DNA of 29,809 bases from a virus (lineage: Duplodnaviria; Caudoviricetes). The notes beneath the pieces were generated by a model. It did not search any database and had not been told where the DNA came from. It saw nothing but the letters and a program-made list of their open reading frames with translations. The position numbers and the translations under genes were made by a program. This document shows positions 26,531 to 29,809 of the stretch, one piece after another; position 1 is the stretch's first letter, and the number at the start of each line of letters is the position of its first letter. The stretch covers positions 1 through 29,809 of IMG/VR virus record IMGVR_UViG_3300047275_000180; one strand, 5' to 3'.

Positions 26531-26703
26531 ATACCGACGAAATCCTAAAGTCGGCCATCATGTTGCACAGCGATACCCGCGATGCGGTGCGCTGGGCGAT
26601 TAAACGAGAACGCGCTGAGTGCGCCAAGCTATGCGAAGAAGCAAACCGCGCAGCGCAGCCTGTTGAACTGGCCGATTTGATTCGGCAGAGGAATCTAGGA
26701 TGA
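26527..26703 (+). CDS. Hypothetical protein, ERxxCA type (not in ORF track)
   Basis: MNTDEILKSA...ERAECAKLCE...ADLIRQRNLG; ATGA overlaps at both ends. Confidence 0.65.
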   Translation: MNTDEILKSAIMLHSDTRDAVRWAIKRERAECAKLCEEANRAAQPVELADLIRQRNLG

Positions 26704-26909
26704 CCAAAGATGACATTATTTGCATGGCGCGGGAGGCTGGCATTGGTTGGCTTGAAAGAGCTGAAGGCATATCAGAATTTCTAGAACGCTTTGCCAATTT
26801 AGTCGCAGCAGCAGAGCGCGAAGCCTGTGCGCAGGTGTGTGAAACTAAAGGTGAACAAGTCGACGCGTCTTGGGTAAGTTGTGCCGCTGCCATCCGCGCA
26901 AAGGGATAA
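26700..26909 (+). CDS. Hypothetical protein, EREACA type
   Basis: MTKDDII.MAREAG..LERFA.LVAAAEREACA..CAAAIRA. Confidence 0.7.
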   Translation: MTKDDIICMAREAGIGWLERAEGISEFLERFANLVAAAEREACAQVCETKGEQVDASWVSCAAAIRAKG

Positions 26910-26911
26910 AA

Positions 26912-27334
26912 ATGACAAATTACAACTACGAAATGCAGCGGCAAACCCTAATTGATTATCTGCAACTGATGGTATCCCGAGCCGATTGGCATGGCGTATC
27001 GGATGCGGCCAACGATCTGCGGGTGCTGGAGGCTGAAAACCGCAATCCTGATTTGGCGCAGGTCGGCGAAGTTGGGATATGGACTGCTGACGATACAGCG
27101 TACCGGCCCGGTGGGATGCCGCAATCAGAAACTAGTATTTGCTGCCAAGATTTTGAGCATTGCAATCGTTCATGCACTCCGCGTGGTCAATGGCTGGCAC
27201 AAAAAGAAGCACAGCGGGAATGGGAATGGCAAGGGCTGACGGATGAGGAACGAACATTCTTGGCGTGGGAATCAAACAATGAGACGGAATGCGTAGCGAT
27301 GACAGAAGCCAAGCTGAAGGAAAAGAACACATGA
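26912..27334 (+). CDS. Hypothetical mosaic protein
   Basis: DWHGVSDAANDLR N-terminal block, Cys cluster, WQGLTDEE..EAKLKEKNT C-terminal block. Confidence 0.6.
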   Translation: MTNYNYEMQRQTLIDYLQLMVSRADWHGVSDAANDLRVLEAENRNPDLAQVGEVGIWTADDTAYRPGGMPQSETSICCQDFEHCNRSCTPRGQWLAQKEAQREWEWQGLTDEERTFLAWESNNETECVAMTEAKLKEKNT

Positions 27335-27609
27335 AAAAACTAATTCTTTGCCTGCTGCTAGTGGCTGGTGTTTGCCATGCCGAAGAATGGATGGAAACCG
27401 TCAACGAAGCTGGCGGCAAAATTCTTTTTTTGCCTGCGCTTTGCACCGGTAGCACGACAGGGCGAATGGTTATCGCCAGTACCCGCGATGGCACCACAAT
27501 TCACGGTTGCTGGTATTTCTTCGCCGACATGATTCACGTTGTCTGGGTAGGTCAGGGCGGCAAGACATCGGCGTATGACCCTAAAACCTTAACTTACCGG
27601 CAAAACTGA
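27331..27609 (+). CDS. Secreted/periplasmic protein
   Basis: Signal peptide MKKLILCLLLVAGVCHA-EE; two Cys in the mature part. Confidence 0.65.
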   Translation: MKKLILCLLLVAGVCHAEEWMETVNEAGGKILFLPALCTGSTTGRMVIASTRDGTTIHGCWYFFADMIHVVWVGQGGKTSAYDPKTLTYRQN

Positions 27610-27971
27610 TGGGCCAAGTAATCAGCATTCCAAAACGCAAGTATGTGCGCAGCGAAAAACTGCTGCGGCTGGTGACTACCATCCCGTGCCAGCTCTGCGG
27701 GTCGTGGGATTTTGTCCAAGCCGCGCACACGAACTGGGGCGGCGGCAAAGGGCGGTCGATTAAATCGGATGACAACCTGATCGCGGCGTTATGTGCGTCG
27801 TGCCATTTCGACATCGATCAGGGCAGTAAATGGTCGCGCAGAGAACGGCAGCAAGCATGGTGGCTGGCGCACCGCAGGACGGTTGAGCATTTAGTGGACG
27901 CAGGGTTATGGCCGGTTGACGTACCTGTGCCGAATGATACAGAATGGCAGCGACTTTTCTCTCTCCTCTGA
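27609..27971 (+). CDS. Zn-binding HNH-like protein (DUF968/DUF1364-like)
   Basis: PCQLCG..AAH..GKG...K.DD...ALCASCH..ID. Confidence 0.7.
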   Translation: MGQVISIPKRKYVRSEKLLRLVTTIPCQLCGSWDFVQAAHTNWGGGKGRSIKSDDNLIAALCASCHFDIDQGSKWSRRERQQAWWLAHRRTVEHLVDAGLWPVDVPVPNDTEWQRLFSLL

Positions 27972-27987
27972 GTGGGATCGCTGCTTT

Positions 27988-28015
27988 GGCCGGGGTTTGT
28001 TCCCCGGTCTTTTTT
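27988..28015 (+). terminator. Rho-independent terminator at end of nin-like region
   Basis: GGCCGGGG-TTTGTT-CCCCGGTC-TTTTTT. Confidence 0.8.
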
Positions 28016-28024
28016 GGGCTGAAT

Positions 28025-28384
28025 ATGGACGAAGAAGCCGCACATTTTATTGCCACGCTATTACATAGCAGCACCGTGGCGCATTTTATGCACCTGTCCA
28101 CCGATTCCTATTCGCGGCATAAGGCGCTTGGCCGCTACTACGAGGACATCATTGAACTGGCCGACAGTTTTGCAGAGGCGTATCAGGGCCGGTACAACAA
28201 GATCAAAAAGTACCCCGACGATTACCATGCGGGTACTGATCCGGTGGAATATCTCAAAAATATGCAGAAATTTGTGGATGACGCAAGGGAGCATTTGCCC
28301 CAAGACAGCGAAATTCAGAATATTATTGACGAAATTACCGAGCTGATCGACAGCACGTTGTATAAACTGAAGTTTTTAGACTGA
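28025..28384 (+). CDS. Ferritin/Dps-like four-helix protein (DUF5856-like)
   Basis: H..H..T.SY..HKAL..YYE......D..AE.YQG; QNIIDEI..LI..TLYKL.FL. Confidence 0.7.
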   Translation: MDEEAAHFIATLLHSSTVAHFMHLSTDSYSRHKALGRYYEDIIELADSFAEAYQGRYNKIKKYPDDYHAGTDPVEYLKNMQKFVDDAREHLPQDSEIQNIIDEITELIDSTLYKLKFLD

Positions 28385-28394
28385 AAGGACTACC

Positions 28395-28613
28395 ATGAAA
28401 GACAACGCAGAAATGACCCCAAAGGGCTATGGTTCCGGCACCAAGCCGCCTGCTGGCGCATCGGCAAGCGACTCTAGCGGTGAGCGTCATGGCCGCATCG
28501 TCAATGGTGTAGGCATGGGCAAGGCTGACGGTACTGGCAAAAACAGCACATTCGACGGTGGCCGCAGCAAGGGCGTGTGCTATACGCACGACCGTTCGTC
28601 GTACCAGAAGTGA
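28395..28613 (+). CDS. Gly-rich hypothetical protein
   Basis: SD AAGGA; 72 aa low complexity. Confidence 0.6.
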   Translation: MKDNAEMTPKGYGSGTKPPAGASASDSSGERHGRIVNGVGMGKADGTGKNSTFDGGRSKGVCYTHDRSSYQK

Positions 28614-28638
28614 TTGTCAATAACACAACGGGCATCCT

Positions 28639-28854
28639 ATGAGCGATGTCCGTTGCAAATCCTGCCGATTCTTTACGCAAGCTCAAGTCATGGGCTTGTG
28701 TCGTCGTTTTCCCGAAACTCAAAACAAGCACGAAATGGACTGGTGCGGCGAACACCAGTTGAGCGTCGTCACGTCGGTGCCGGTCTATGACGTTATGGCG
28801 CAAGCGGAACCTAAAAAAAGAGGGAGGAAACCCAATGTTAAAGCCGTTGCGTGA
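28639..28854 (+). CDS. Small Cys4 protein with basic tail
   Basis: CKSC..GLCRRFP..DWCGEH; KKRGRKP. Confidence 0.65.
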   Translation: MSDVRCKSCRFFTQAQVMGLCRRFPETQNKHEMDWCGEHQLSVVTSVPVYDVMAQAEPKKRGRKPNVKAVA

Positions 28855-29092
28855 TCGTATTGTTGTCAAGCCTGAAGTCCGCAGACTGTCGGACATTCTT
28901 TATGTTCCCAACAAGGAACCGTTTAACGAAGGCACGGTGGTAGCAATTGGCCCAGCGGTGCGCGACACGAAGGTGGGCGACTTTGTTAAATACGGCAACG
29001 GCAGCTATTTAGACTGGCCTATTCATGAGTTTGAAGGGCAGGACTACCAGATTATCCAAGAAGCTGATGTCGCCATGATCGTGGAGCATTAA
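28835..29092 (+). CDS. groES: Co-chaperonin GroES (cpn10)
   Basis: LKPLRDRIVV..GTVVAIGP..KVGD.V.Y..Y.II.E.DV; SD GGAGG. Confidence 0.85.
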   Translation: MLKPLRDRIVVKPEVRRLSDILYVPNKEPFNEGTVVAIGPAVRDTKVGDFVKYGNGSYLDWPIHEFEGQDYQIIQEADVAMIVEH

Positions 29093-29365
29093 ATGGCAAA
29101 GCACGACAAACCGATTCCTAAGACGACAGTCGGCAAGGGCAAGAACTACAACCCGACCGAGAAAGGCGCGGGTATGACCGCGAAGGGTCGTGCCGAGTAC
29201 AACCGCAAGAATGACGCGAATTTAAAACCACCAGCACCAAACCCAAAGACAAAAGCCGACGCTGGACGCAAGGCGAGTTTCTGCGCGAGAATGGAAGGGG
29301 TGGTGAAACACGCCAAAGGCCCAGCGGAACGGGCGAAGGCATCATTAAAGAACTGGAATTGTTGA
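29093..29365 (+). CDS. Basic hypothetical protein (DUF6321-like)
   Basis: GMTAKGRA.YN...NLKPP..RKASFCARM..SL..WNC. Confidence 0.65.
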   Translation: MAKHDKPIPKTTVGKGKNYNPTEKGAGMTAKGRAEYNRKNDANLKPPAPNPKTKADAGRKASFCARMEGVVKHAKGPAERAKASLKNWNC

Positions 29366-29375
29366 AAGGAAAATC

Positions 29376-29809
29376 ATGTCTAATACCCAAGCCATTGGCG
29401 TGGCCTACGCCGACCCAGCCCTGAATAGTTTTGAAGTTGGCACTTCAGCGGTGCCGATTGCAAATACCGCATCGGGCAACCTGAATCAAATTTACAGCCG
29501 CACGACCCATGCATCGGGCGATATGCGTGGTCTGTACGCCCGTGTTGACTACGCTGGCGCTGGCGCTGGTGAAACTCTGAGAGCATTTTCTCGCGTAGTG
29601 GCTGCGCAAGGCGCTGGTCAGACCACTAACGGCGCACATATCAGCCTGTCGGTTAATAGCGGCGGCAGCATCAGCGGCGCTGGCAACGCGCTACGCGCAA
29701 CGCTGGGTGTTGCAACGGGTGTCACACCGGGCGGCACGTTGGCTGCGATTCAGGTCGATTCGGATTTCCCGAACACCGTGACGTTGCCGGGTTCGGCTGC
29801 ATTCCTGCG
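29376..29809 (+). CDS. Hypothetical virion-like protein, truncated at window end
   Basis: SD AAGGA; MSNTQAIGVAYADPAL..., open to the end of the window. Confidence 0.65.
   Translation, partial: MSNTQAIGVAYADPALNSFEVGTSAVPIANTASGNLNQIYSRTTHASGDMRGLYARVDYAGAGAGETLRAFSRVVAAQGAGQTTNGAHISLSVNSGGSISGAGNALRATLGVATGVTPGGTLAAIQVDSDFPNTVTLPGSAAFL

Noticed and set aside
27944-28024. N-terminal extension of the ferritin-like ORF
   Set aside because: Runs through the terminator; ATG 28025 fits better
1-29809. tRNA genes or genome-wide stop-codon reassignment
   Set aside because: No cloverleaf seen; TAA, TGA and TAG all end well-formed genes

Overview
Nearly complete genome segment of a P22-like podovirus with a lambdoid-type early region; the gene content suggests a Proteobacteria (probably Betaproteobacteria) host, which is inference. 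From 1 to 20805 on the + strand: portal C-terminus, scaffold, P22-type coat, decoration proteins, tail fibre, an AT-rich receptor-binding cassette (about 6.8-10.9 kb), gp4/gp10/gp26-like tail hub, a cupin, three ejection proteins, and a lysis module (3TM holin, GH19 endolysin). From 20798 to 23437 on the - strand: an early left operon (wHTH, SSB-like, YqaJ exonuclease, ERF annealase, small ORFs). From 23550 to the end on the + strand: an uncalled leaderless cro, a structured RNA, replication initiator, P-like loader, nin-like genes, a ferritin-like protein, GroES and small late genes. No CI, integrase, terminase, tRNA or CRISPR was seen. The most notable signals are regulatory: (1) three sigma70 promoters sharing one palindromic operator, with only Cro present; (2) repeated promoter-hairpin-boxA-like-SD cassettes; (3) a 3-way-junction RNA whose loop is complementary to the rep ribosome-binding region; (4) two 11-bp-phased hexamer arrays inside rep; (5) a lysis-module gene that appears to need an ATT start or TGA readthrough. 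Family assignments come from recalled motifs and synteny; no searches were run.
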